From Nitrosopumilaceae archaeon (GTDB lineage: Archaea; Thermoproteota; Nitrososphaeria; Nitrososphaerales; Nitrosopumilaceae): DNA of 64,000 bases. Position 1 is the first letter of the stretch. Every line of letters begins with the position of its first letter. The notes under the pieces are model-generated. The model had not been told where the DNA came from. It searched no databases and saw only the letters and a list, made by a program, of their open reading frames with translations. Where the stretch lies: positions 174,849 through 238,848 of the forward strand of contig CBDATR010000034.1 in NCBI GenBank assembly GCA_965200155.1, given 5' to 3'. Both the position numbers and the translations under genes were made by a program. Shown piece after piece: positions 10,976-22,477 of this stretch.

Positions 10976-12285
10976 TAGTTTGTTGCATAACTCCAAACAA
11001 GTTAGATTAAAAATGTATGTGAGAAACGGTTTGAGTATTTTCGTTATTCTGTCATAGTGATTACTAACTTGGATCAAGTATTACATCTGAGATTTTTTAA
11101 ACAAACTTGATGGTATTCACCGACAATGCAAGTACGTCCAGCGGGAGGCTATTTGGCTTTGATCATGTATGGGATTGAAAAGGCTAACCATAACAAGGAG
11201 GGTGCTCCCTACCAGTATGCCGTGGGCATGTTACATGACACTGAGAACGGCATTAGGTATGAGATACAGGCAGGTATCCGGATTCCTTGCAGGACTACTG
11301 GAAGAGCACCAAACCCCGCACTACTCCACTACAGACGCGGAAAAGATCTTGACATCGACAAGGGGAATGGCATGATTGTCGGCACAGACAAAAAGCTGAC
11401 TAGAACCATGATTGTGGACTCGACCGGCCTTGAATCGTGGCGAGTGGATAAGAGCCAAATGGAAAAAGACGCGGATTCATCAGTGCTTGCGGACTGGGAG
11501 AGCATATGCATTTACGGTTACCGGCGAGTGGGTTGGGGATACGCACATGTTAAACAATGCAGTACTGGGCTCGTATGCAGAAGAGTCACAACTGGACAGG
11601 GAGCACACCCTGGAATTGGAAAGTTCCGGACCCATTGCAACAGTTGCCATCTCTGGCAGGACCAACAGATAAGCCACCACCCGGAAACGCGCTTGCTAAC
11701 TGCGTACCGCCATTACCGAATAATGATGACAAGCGCGCATTTAATCTGGAATTACTTGTGGATGGCGCATACGCGTCCAGGGATAACATGAAATTGTGCA
11801 GTGATAATCGAATCCGGACAACCATTCCACCTCAGCTAAATTCCACCAAAGGAAAGGCAACTCATGGGGGACTTGTAGTCTTGGAGGAAGTCCGGAATCG
11901 CCCATTTTCCGCCTTTCTGATGAGGAAAAGGTCGAAAACAGTATGAGTTCACCGGTGTCTAAATTTACGCACAACTGATAGAACCGGTTACCAGTTAATG
12001 TGATTTGTGCACAAGATTCCGGAAGACGTGAACTCATACCGAAAACAAGCAGTACTGGAAGGCGGCAAAAGGGTACAACAGGCGATGGATAATCGAGATA
12101 ATCATAGAACCGGTTCACGTTCAAACGATTATTCGGACACAGATTAATGGCGCGGAAATGGGATAACATAGTACAGGAAATCACAATGAGGGTAGCCAAG
12201 TACAACGAGTGGGTGGACGCGGCAGCAACGTAGATTACGACATGGGGAACCGGTATTCTGTCAAAGTCAGTTATACAACAAACTC
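10976..12285 (+). mobile_element. IS5-family element, degenerate
   Basis: TIR (t/g)agtttgttgcataact; transposase fragments IVDSTG, DGAY, GYNRRWIIE. Confidence 0.8.
11941..12039 (+). mobile_element. MITE-A (99 bp)
   Basis: TSD cgaaaaca. Confidence 0.9.
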
Positions 12286-12396
12286 GTTTCACACGAGTCT
12301 GTGTGGGAAAACCCATGATGCTAGGTCAATTGTTTGTATCTAACCACTTGGTTTAGACGTGCAGGGTGGGAGAAGTGATTCTGCGCATACGGTCTA
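12286..12396. repeat. 111-bp dispersed repeat (second copy at 59958-60068)
   Basis: gtttcacacgagtctgtgtggg...gcatacggtcta is nearly identical at both sites. Confidence 0.8.
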
Positions 12397-12419
12397 CTGT
12401 AAGAAAATTTCTATACATA

Positions 12420-13638
12420 ATGAAATTTTATGCACTTATAGCACTTGCGGCTCTAAGTATGGCAGCAATTCCTGCCATGGCAGATGAGCACTCATCATAT
12501 TGGCTAGTCACTACTGTCTGTATAGTATATGATAATGGTAATGAGGCTAGGCCTGACTGTGAGGTGACTAACGAGTATGTAGAGATTAGGGAAGGTCCTC
12601 CTCCACCCACTGTGGATGTAACTATACCTGAGGGCGCACTATTTCCTGATGGCAGAAATACTGATATCTACTTTTCACCATCCAGTATAGGTGGAGTCCG
12701 GGACAGAAGTGGTCTGGACCAATAATGATAACGTACTGCACTCTGTGACTGGTAATCCCCATCCCGATGGGAACTTTGACACATTAATTGATAATGGCGA
12801 GAGCTTTGCCTTCCAGTTCGGCACTGTATGCACATACGAATACGGTTGTGTCCTGCACCCGTGGACAATTGGCGAAATAGAGGTAGTTGATGCCATGATG
12901 GACGATCTTGCTGTTCAGGAATTTGTAGACGAGCTAATTGCCCTATACATGGACAATGGCGATGATGCCTTTGACATGATTAATGCTATGATGGAAGTAG
13001 ATGCTGAACTAGCAGGATATGTTGTAGACGCAAATAGTAATATGATTGTAGCTCATATACGGCACCGGAGTTTGTGGGACTTGATGTTGGACTTGTTCTC
13101 AATAATGCACTATTACCAATAGACGTGTTTAGAGATCTGGTCAATAAATAGTGATGGCGTTTGGTTGAGCTATCCAGTTCCGGATCAAGATGGTAATATA
13201 GTTGGTTATGAGCGTGGCTGGTTTAAGTATTATGATGGTTATGCCTTCGGTGGCCGCCTTACTGTTGGCGAGGATGTAAGAGTAATGGGTGTTGTTGAAG
13301 AGATGATTAGTCTATACGAACGAAATCCAGACACCGCCTTTGATACTATAAACTCGTTTATGTCAGATGATCCAAACTACCCATTCGTACTTGATATCTA
13401 TACACTGTCTGCAGTAGCTCATGGACAGAATCCAGACTTGGTCGGTGATGTAGATGCCGCCGCTGTGGTATTCTTTAGATCCAGTGTGTCTCTTGAAGAG
13501 TTCCTTGCTCTAGAAGAAGGTGAGGGTGTTTGGTCAGAGTATGTGTTCACAGATCTATCAACAGGCGAAGACGCCTCCAAGCTTTCTTGGATAGTGCTGC
13601 ATGACAGTTATCTGTTTGGTTCAGGTTACTACCCATAA
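12420..13638 (+). pseudogene. secreted cupredoxin + tandem Cache-like domain protein, frameshifted paralogue of 41845-43107
   Basis: Signal peptide, WTNNDNVLHSV, CVLHPWT, YPFVLD..AHG.NP.LVG, FGSGYYP spread over three frames. Confidence 0.8.
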
Positions 13639-13692
13639 TCATTGAATCTTTAGTTTTTGTTATTTTTCTAATGTAGTTGTTTAAGTCACGTA

Positions 13693-13762
13693 TGGCGACT
13701 ACCATAAGTCTCTGGGCATACGTACAACACCTGTCTTGTATGCCACCGGCTTATGGAACATA
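13693..13762. mobile_element. short MITE with IS630-like TIR (MITE-C)
   Basis: TA|tggcgactaccataagtc...gcttatggaacata|TA, same TIR core as the tnpB element. Confidence 0.55.
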
Positions 13763-13858
13763 TAATATATGCAAATACCCGCATACGTTTATCTCTAATA
13801 TGTCATTGCACTTTATCCGGTAAAATATACGGAGCCACGCACCGGTGTAATTTTTCAT

Positions 13859-14932
13859 ATGAACCATTCCCATAAACCAGAGAATATATTGAACCCAAAA
13901 AGTAAGCTCACAATGCAATACAAGCTAAGCCATATTCGACATATGTGGCGCCAAGAATCCAACTCGTTTGGATACTACCATCTTCCGGAGGAGAATGTGC
14001 GTAATGATATGATTCAATCCATAAGATGCGGACTTGAATCAAACCCAAAATACATACTGCCAAAGTTCTTGTATGACAGGCAGGGTTCCAAGCTTTTTGA
14101 CGAAATATGTTGTCTACAGGAATACTATCAAACACGAACTGAGTCGGCCATACTAAAGATAATCAGACACGAACTTGCACGGTATATGCATGCCCCCTTC
14201 CGTTTGGTGGAGCTGGGTAGTGGCGCTTCCACAAAAACTCAGTACATTCTGGATGCCATGCTGGATGTCAGCCCAAATCCGGAGTACATACCAATAGATA
14301 TTTCAGATGCCATGGAAGATTATGCAGAATCGCTAACTGGGAGATACCCCAATTTACTCATAACTGGAATAAAGGATACGTACGAGGGCGGTCTGGATAT
14401 AGTAGGTAGAATGGATGGTCCATCTAATCTTATCGCGTTCTTGGGATCAAGCCTAGGCAATATGACGCCCAGTCAATCCTATGATCTTTTAGTCACACTA
14501 CGTCGTGTTATGCGACCGCAGGATCTCTTCCTGATTGGGTTGGATATGGTAAAAGACACGTCAATGCTGGAATCTGCATACAACGACTCATCCAGCGTAA
14601 CCGCCAAATTCAACATGAACATTCTAAAGCGACTAAACAGGGAACTGAATGCGAATTTCGACCTAGACCTGTTTTCACACTATGCCACATATAACCAGAA
14701 ACAGTCTCGCATTGAGATGTACTTACGCTCAGAAAAGGACCAAACGGTGGATCTGCCAAAAGCCGGAATTCAGATAGGCCTACACAAGGACGAGCTAATT
14801 CATACAGAGAACTCTTACAAGTACACTATAACCGATATCCGTACAATGGCGGATAAGTGCGGCTTCTCCATCGAGAGACTGTGGCGTGACGATGACGAAT
14901 TGTTCTCATTAACCCTCATGTCTATCAAATAA
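13859..14932 (+). CDS. egtD: L-histidine N-alpha-methyltransferase (EgtD family)
   Basis: LPKFLYD..GSKLF.EI..L.EYY.TRTE, ELGSG, FLGSSLGN, IHTENSYKY; alternative start 13913. Confidence 0.88.
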   Translation: MNHSHKPENILNPKSKLTMQYKLSHIRHMWRQESNSFGYYHLPEENVRNDMIQSIRCGLESNPKYILPKFLYDRQGSKLFDEICCLQEYYQTRTESAILKIIRHELARYMHAPFRLVELGSGASTKTQYILDAMLDVSPNPEYIPIDISDAMEDYAESLTGRYPNLLITGIKDTYEGGLDIVGRMDGPSNLIAFLGSSLGNMTPSQSYDLLVTLRRVMRPQDLFLIGLDMVKDTSMLESAYNDSSSVTAKFNMNILKRLNRELNANFDLDLFSHYATYNQKQSRIEMYLRSEKDQTVDLPKAGIQIGLHKDELIHTENSYKYTITDIRTMADKCGFSIERLWRDDDELFSLTLMSIK

Positions 14933-15118
14933 CTCCCAGTAGGTATAACTCACGCTTTTGATATCCTGCTCCCGCCCTAGCATTGTCTCAACAGAAACTA
15001 TGGCGCCTACCATAAGTTTTTGCCGGGTATGGGGCCGTACTTTTATAGAACCACCATATGATGGTTAACATAATTTGGACCATCATTATACCGTTGAAGA
15101 ACAATAAGGAATTCTCCC

Positions 15119-15219
15119 GTATGAGTTCACCTGTGTCTAAATTTACGCATAACTGATGGAACAGGTTGTTCTAGTTAATGTGATTTGTGCATAAGATTCC
15201 GGAAGACGTGAACTCATAC
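15119..15219 (+). mobile_element. MITE-A (101 bp)
   Basis: TSD attctccc. Confidence 0.9.
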
Positions 15220-15903
15220 ATTCTCCCGGCGCGCCAAGATATTTGGTCACACATCCGATTATGTCTATAATATAGCGGTGTCCGAGATCACGCTGGGCGG
15301 TTACTACATACCCGGAACCACTCTTGAATTGAAGCATGATCCGGCCAAGGTCAAGAATAAGAACGAGTCCGCCAAGTCACCATATGGTCTGTGATTCATT
15401 ATACGTGAATCATCTACCGCGTTCTAGAACGGTCATCAAGAGACGGTTTACCCGTCCAACAAGAATGGTTTGTTCCTGGAATTGACAAATTGGCGCCGTG
15501 ATCTGGAGTGGGTGCGCGAGTTACCATCTAACTATGGCCGGGGGTGCCATACTACAGGCGTCTGTCGCGTGCAGACGCGCGTACGAGGATCATTCTAATT
15601 ACATGCCACACCGGCGTGACAATGATGGAATCATACTATCATGTGTAGGGCCACCAATCCGTCGTGGTAAGTTCGAGTTGGACCTGTGCGGTTTTGGTGT
15701 GGTGAGAACAACCAAACCAATCGATTATTCCCGGGACATGCGCTCACTCAGGATAGTGGAACGAGTTAACAAGAGCAGGGAGCGTCAATTCGAGATTCAC
15801 ATCAATATACGGGAGAGACCACCTACCGACCGGCGTTGTTCGCGGCGTGGATGTCGGCGGGAAACATCTAGCTGTAACAGCTGACACGAATGGCAGAACG
15901 ATG

Positions 15904-16254
15904 GTATGAGTTCACCTGTGTCTAAATTTATGCACAACTGATCGCGACAGTTAATGTGATTTGTGCACAAGATTCCGGAAGACGTGAACTCATACGATAA
16001 TATGACACCCGGTGAAGCCGCGGGTATTCGTATTGATGGAGATAACAAGTATCTTACAATAATTCAGAATGCTGCAAAGTTGTAGTATGTACCCAATTTT
16101 ACACTTCATTCTATGTACCTACTTCTTTACAGCTCCATTCAGACATGGGGGGCTCAGGGCCTGTATGAGTTCACCTGTGTCTAAATTTACGCATAACTGA
16201 TCGCGACAGTTAATGTGATTTGTGTATAAGATTCCGGAAGACGTGAACTCATAC
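15904..16254 (+). mobile_element. composite MITE-A transposon: MITE (15904-15995) + 167-bp cargo + MITE (16163-16254)
   Basis: The 8-bp TSD gaacgatg flanks only the outer ends. Confidence 0.88.
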
Positions 16255-16441
16255 GAACGATGATCCATGACATGAGACATCGTTCCATATTGCGGGAGAT
16301 TAGCGCACTCCAGAGTATTAGAACGCGAAAGGGTAAGCGCAGGAAGCGAAAGATTGAGAAACAAATCACTCGACTACGACAGAAAGCCAACAACATTGCG
16401 AACGACTCCATGAATAGAATAGTCCACGCAGTCACCAAAGG

Positions 16442-18334
16442 GTAACCGTTGTATGAGTTCACCTGTGTCTAAATTTACGCATAACTGATGGAACAGGTTG
16501 TTCTAGTTAATGTGATTTGTGCATAAGATTCCGGAAGACGTGAACTCATACTAACCGTTTAGGTCGCCCCTGGCAAAGAGAAATGTATTTCACCAGATTG
16601 TTCTTGGCGTAATAGACTAACTTGCCCCAAGTATTGACAGGCGCATATCAGTCGTGTTGAGTCCACGCTTTCTCCACGTCATCATGCAGGTCAGGATGTT
16701 CTCGACTACCTGCATACCCTTGTTCGAACACCAAGACATGTGGTATCTTGCGATGTATGACGAAGCGGAGCAGCATGCGCTCAGACTCGTTATTAGTGGG
16801 GGCCATACCAGGGTAGCGCAGGAATGTAAACAGATTTGGAGATGCGCCTTCCAGCTTATCGCCGAATTTTACGCCCAGCTTTTGCCACTGGGTGGCAATG
16901 GAGAGTACACTCATCTGAAGCGAATCTAGAATATCCGGAGTCACCTCTTCAGGATTCATGTCCCGGGCCTCGGCGTATATTTCCTGAAGCATTTTATGTA
17001 ATGTTTCCGGTGGACCGGGCCCGGATGCATCTTTTGGTTCCCGTAATATGTGTGCCCAGCACCTCTGTATTGTCAAATATGTTATATCCGGCATATCCGT
17101 CACACGTGATTGGCTTGTCCAAGATATTTGGATAACTATTTTTGATTACTGTTGATGAGCGCGATTGTTCCAGTGTATATGCCACGCTGTCATTTCCGCT
17201 ACATACCCACGCGTATGCAGTCTTGCCGTTCAGTGAGGGGGTCTCATCCATCAGTATTAGATTTGGATAAATCGTCCCTGATTCCTTCCACTTCTTTTAC
17301 CATTTTTTCAGATGCGGCTTCCAGCACATACCTGCATTGGCATCGGCCCATGCTCCACAGTACTTCTTTTACCATTTTTTCAGATGCGGCTTCCAGGGCG
17401 TGCTGTATTGTTGCCTTGCATGATTGCGCTTCATACATTTGCATGCTATCGGCGATACCCTGTAGTGTTGAGCCATTGTCATATGAGTTGATCATGATGG
17501 TTAGTAAGTTGGGTCCAAACTGCGTGCCGGGGGATCACTCCGGGTTCATGTACCGTATCCGTAATGAATGGCATTTCCCGGCACTCCTCTGTTATGTGTG
17601 CGGTAACCTCCGCTTTCGGAATGGCGGGTATGTCTGTTGTGGCATTTCCCGGTCTTTTCGAGATTCATAGAGCCGCATTTTGAGCATTTGTCAGGTGTCT
17701 TGCGCACTATTTTGTCCGGCTTTCTGTTGTGGGATTGGCCCTTGTGCCCATTCTTACGGCCGCGCTGGATTGGGAGTTTTTGTGGCATTTGCCTTTGTGT
17801 GGCTCTTTTAGTCCTCTCCGGGATGGAGTTCTGGGATGGTGGGGTATGCGGGTTCTCATAATATTTTACTTGATTTCAATTTGAGCCTGCATGTCAATTA
17901 CTGTCTCCAGATTCCTGATCCACGCAGTCTGTATATGGTTGAACGTCTGGTATTCGCCATTGATCCTGACTACTTTCTTGTATGCGCCCATGAGATTTGT
18001 GTACTTGTCAGTGTAAGAGTTTGCCATCCGGGAGCTTTACAACAAATTAGTATTTATGCTTGCGGACGAACCGTTCCTTTGCGCACGCTAAACGTTTTAG
18101 TTCCTTGTGCTGCTCTATGGCGATTGCCTCCAGCTCCCTGATCCGTGCATCCAGTACCCGGCTGATCGCAGTACGCTCCTCATTACTCTTGGTCAGTCTA
18201 TTGATCTCATCCATGAGTCAGGCATTCCTGTCACGTAACATCTTGGCTTCCGGGTCTTCCATCTGGCGTGCATTGACGTAACCAGGATATATGGCTGACG
18301 TAAAGCTGACCCCTCACGCGACCTAAACGGTTAC
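16442..18334 (-). mobile_element. IS66-family (ISBst12-like) element lineage B, degenerate
   Basis: TIR gtaaccgtttaggtcgc; 9-bp TSD caccaaagg; fragments ENPHTPPS, GHKG, DET, CDGYAGY, QRCWAH, PTNNESER. Confidence 0.85.
16451..16551 (+). mobile_element. MITE-A inserted within the IS66-B TIR
   Basis: TSD taaccgtt. Confidence 0.9.
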
Positions 18335-18576
18335 CACCAAAGGTGTAGACAAGGTAGTACTAGAGAATTTATCACCGAAAGCAATGACCAGTCATGGCGG
18401 GAACCACAAAAGAGCAATGAACCGTTCCATGCGCGAGAATCGCGTCGGCGAGTTCCGCCGGAAAGTAGTACAAAAGTGCGAGGCACTGGGGATTGAATTG
18501 GTATTTGTGCCAGCGAAATACACGAGGGGGCGGTTTACCCACCCAACGAGCAAAGCCTGTCACATGTGTGGCCATG

Positions 18577-18668
18577 GTATGAGTTCACCTGTGTCTAAAT
18601 TTACGCACAACTGATCGCGACAGTTAATGTGATTTGTGCACAAGATTCCGGAAGACGTGAACTCATAC
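18577..18668 (+). mobile_element. MITE-A (92 bp)
   Basis: TSD tggccatg. Confidence 0.9.
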
Positions 18669-18963
18669 TGGCCATGTAGACAGGGAATCACGATCAACTA
18701 GGGGCAGAGGAACAGGCTTACCCGTACCCGATGTAACCAGGAGTTTCATGCCGATATCAACGCGGTATTTAGTAACCGGTTCCCCTGCACAGGGCGGCTG
18801 AGTGTGTCCATTCACAGACAATACCAAATACGTTCGGCAGATAACATTACACAGTAGAATAGTGACACCCGAAAACTAAACCGTCCCGAGAAAGATTGCC
18901 GTATACTGACATGAAATACAACTAAATAACATGTGTTGGCAACGATGATTATTCCTATACAAC

Positions 18964-19131
18964 TTATATAAACTCTGTAAGCTCACACTTACCGCAAGTA
19001 CGTCTGTTTTTGTGATTGGACATAAACACACCCCGGCCGCATCTTGAACAAATTTTTCTTTCTCTCATTACTTTGTCACCCGCTATTTTGTAGTAGGTGT
19101 GTACCTTGGGACTGTATCCTTTTTTACTCAT
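18964..19131 (-). CDS. rps27ae: 30S ribosomal protein S27ae (55 aa, absent from ORF track)
   Basis: MSKKGYSPKVHTYYK...CSRCGRGVFMSNHKNRRTCGKC; follows rps24e. Confidence 0.9.
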   Translation of the reverse strand: MSKKGYSPKVHTYYKIAGDKVMRERKICSRCGRGVFMSNHKNRRTCGKCELTEFI

Positions 19132-19430
19132 TATTCCCCTTCCTCCTCGGAACTATTCTCCAGCCTCTTGAACACTGTTGGATTAACATGCATTCGCGCC
19201 AATTTCTCGTCATCATACACATAGAAGGTGCCGGTAACGGTGGTTGTACCAACATGATTACGGAGTCGTATTGGAAGTATGGTTTTGTCATGCAAGTTAA
19301 ATTCGGAGACCACCATCTCAATTGCCTGACTCTTTTTCAGCTTGCCACCCAATCCCACAAAGTCGCAGGTTATCTCTCTTCGTGAGAGTAAACCGTTTTT
19401 ATGATCGGTGGACACTTGTATTATGGACAC
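19131..19430 (-). CDS. rps24e: 30S ribosomal protein S24e
   Basis: NGLLSRREI...G...VYDD; conserved adjacency with S27ae. Confidence 0.88.
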   Translation of the reverse strand: MSIIQVSTDHKNGLLSRREITCDFVGLGGKLKKSQAIEMVVSEFNLHDKTILPIRLRNHVGTTTVTGTFYVYDDEKLARMHVNPTVFKRLENSSEEEGE

Positions 19431-20804
19431 TACGAACTATCCATTATAGTTTTCATATAAACCTAAAGGATAGACCGTGTTTATTGCATAACTGACTTTG
19501 ATTACAATCAATACAAGTTCACGTATTTGTAAATTTCCTGCGCAGATTGTACTAATTATGGCTACGCGTGAATGAGCATGGGCGGACTCATGCCTTGTGT
19601 CGTGCATTTACTCCTCGTATGATGTGTCTGGATTCGCAGACGACGAATCACGACGATTGGCGCACTCAAGCAAGCAATTAATACGTGACCTCATACCAAT
19701 CATGTGCTTATGGCAGCAATTAGTTTTGCATAAATTTAGACATGTGCAAACAGTATGAGTTCACGTGTTTTGATCACATAATAAGATAGAATGCATCCCA
19801 GTTTTTTAATTATAATTGCATTCTGGCAGCAACCTCGTTCATTACAGAAAGGCCCTGAGCCCGCCATCTCTGAACACATGTGGACATGCGGCGCATTACA
19901 CCCTTTATCTGGCCACTAATCTTGCGGAATACCACTGCGTATCAGAACCGGTTACACTGCTCCGCTGGATTGTTGGTGGGCTCCACACTGTCATATTCTA
20001 GGAATACGAACATGCCTGGTATGGCCTTATTCAATCCTTTTACCTTCTTTTGCAGTTCAGTATCCTCAACATCATAATACTGATGCATCTGCTCCTGTCT
20101 CAAATGAGTGTCGTAATTGCGCGGACGGCCCGCAGCGATTCACGTGCGCTCCGGAACAATTCTTTCAAATCGTTGTCAAGTTTGATCCGGGCGTCCTGAT
20201 CACCGGGATCGATATAGAATCCTGCATGTAATATACTGGTATCGCGCAATAAATGCGCCCAGATGGTGCTTCCCACCGTCATCAAACCGGCGATACACAA
20301 CGTACCTGTCTGTGACTATCGCGCCCTGGTAACCGTTCAGGTATTTGCCCACTACATATGAACTCCTACTTTTGTATATCATCCACTCTTCGGCCCGCAT
20401 CCCCCATATCCAGCCACGCTTACCCGCCAGTGATATACCAGTTTCGTCCACATGAATGCTGGGTGATTTTATTATATTCTCATAAATTGTTTCCATAAAT
20501 GATTCGCATGCATCGGCGGCCCTGGCAATTATGTTGTTTACCTCACCCACCGATATATTCAGGCCGAAGAGATCCCTCGAAATTACAGGTATGCGCTTTA
20601 TTGGAATCTTTTCCGCACGCAATGCAGTGATGGCACCACATCTCAAAACCACCACTCTCTGGGACGCCCGCTGCTGAAGCCAGTTGTTTTTTGCCGCACA
20701 TACATGTGGCCATTTCTATCACATGAAGGGTCTACTCTATTCTGGCTGGTATTAATTCCGTTATGTGTCGTTGTTTCCAACCACTTTTTCTCATTATATT
20801 GCCG

Positions 20805-21742
20805 GTATGAGTTCACGTGTTTTGATCATTCACTAAGTAGATTGGTATGGCAATATTTTACTTAAATACCAAATTTGCAATAAGAATCTAATGAGAAGAC
20901 GCCGGTCCTATAAGGAATTGGAACTGGAAAATAAACTTCTTCAGGATACCCTTGCGTCTACCGAGAAAGATCTTGCACATTACAAGGAACGTGTGAGAGT
21001 ATTGGAAGCATATGTGTCCCGCACCACAAAAGAAATACGAAATCTCACACAAGATTTCCAAATTATTAGGAATTATGTAAATGAATTGAATGAGAAATTA
21101 AAAGAAAAACAGGGGAAAATTGCGGTACTCACAACGCGACTTAAATATTATGAGAATGCTCACTCGCCACCATCCCTTCAATCCCTCCAGTACAAGAAGC
21201 GAAAACAGGAGGAACAGAAGCAGGGAGATAATAAGAAACAGAAAGAAGCCAGTACGAAATCAGCCAAAAAGGCTGGCGCTCAAAAGGGACACAAGGGGGT
21301 TTCCCGTTCCCACAACCCCGGCAGAGTAGTGCATCACACCTTTGAGTACACACCAATATGTGAGTGCGGCAATATAATGACAAAAATTGGTTGGAAACAA
21401 CGACACATAACGGAATTAATACCAGCCAAAATAGAGGAGACCCTTCATGTGATAGAAATGGCTGCATGCAAGTGCGGCAAAAAACAACTGGCCCCAGCAG
21501 CTGGCGTCCCAAAGAGTGGTGATTTTGGAGTTCAATTATGCGGTGCCATCACTGCATTGCGTGCGGAAAAGATTCCAATAAAACGCATACCTGTAATTTC
21601 GAAGGATCTCTTCGGCCTGAATATATCTGTGGGTGCGGTAAACAACATAATTGCCGTATGAGTTCACCTGTGTCTAAATTTACGCATAACTGATCGCGAC
21701 AGTTAATGTGATTTGTGCATATTCCGGCAGACGTACTCATAC
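20805..21742 (+). mobile_element. hybrid element: IS66-A left end + truncated transposase + MITE-A (21656-21742) as right end
   Basis: 8-bp TSD tattgccg at 20797-20804 and 21743-21750; contains ORF 20891-21661. Confidence 0.88.
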
Positions 21743-22153
21743 TATTGCCGCACTCACATTGTGGAGTATGCTTAAAGGTATGACGCATTACTCTGTCGGG
21801 GTTGTGGGAACGGGAAACCCCCTTGTGTCCCTTTTGCGCGCCAGCCTTTTTGACTGATTTAGTACTGGCTTCTGTCTGTTGCTTATTATCTCCCTGTTTC
21901 CGCTTCTTGTACTGGAGGGATTGAAGGGATGGTGGCGAGTGTGCATTCTCATAATATTTAAGTCGCGTTGTGAGTACCGCAATTTTCCCCTGTTTTTCTT
22001 TTAATTTCTCATTCAATTCATTTACATAATTCCTAATAATTTGGAAATCTTGTGTGAGATTTCGTATTTCTTTTGTGGTGCGGGACACATATGCTTCCAA
22101 TACTCTCACACGTTCCTTGTAATGTGCAAGATCTTTCTTGGTAGGCGCAATTG

Positions 22154-22252
22154 GTATGAGTTCACGTCTTCCGGAATCTTATGCACAAAAGAACCGGTTC
22201 TTTAACTGTCGCGATCAGTTATGCGTAAATTTAGACACAGGTGAACTCATAC
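22154..22252 (-). mobile_element. MITE-A (99 bp)
   Basis: TSD cgcaattg. Confidence 0.9.
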
Positions 22253-22477
22253 CGCAATTGTATCCTGAAGAATCTGATTTTTCAGTTCCAATTCCTTATA
22301 GGACCGGCGTCTTCTCATTAGATTCTTATTGCAAATTTGGTATCTAAGCAAATATTGTCATACCAATCTATACATCTTAGTGAATGATCAAAACACGTGA
22401 ACTCATGCCAATGATTACGCACAAAATCCAGTACTTTCGTGGGCTTCCGGACCTATTTGAAAAATGTCCAATGTCTA

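Larger units (their letters stand above)
15001..18771 (+). mobile_element. tnpB: second tnpB element (left TIR + TA only), shattered by nested MITE and IS66 insertions
   Basis: TA|tggcgcctaccataagtttttgccggg at 14999; tnpB fragments colinear with copy 1 through HADINA (~18750). Confidence 0.85.
19753..22408 (-). mobile_element. IS66-family (ISBst12-like) element lineage A, about 1.6 kb after removing nested insertions; parent of MITE-A
   Basis: 24-bp TIR gtatgagttcacgtgttttgatca at both ends; YENAHSPPS, GAQKGHKG, HVDETG, VTDRY, WAHLLR. Confidence 0.87.
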
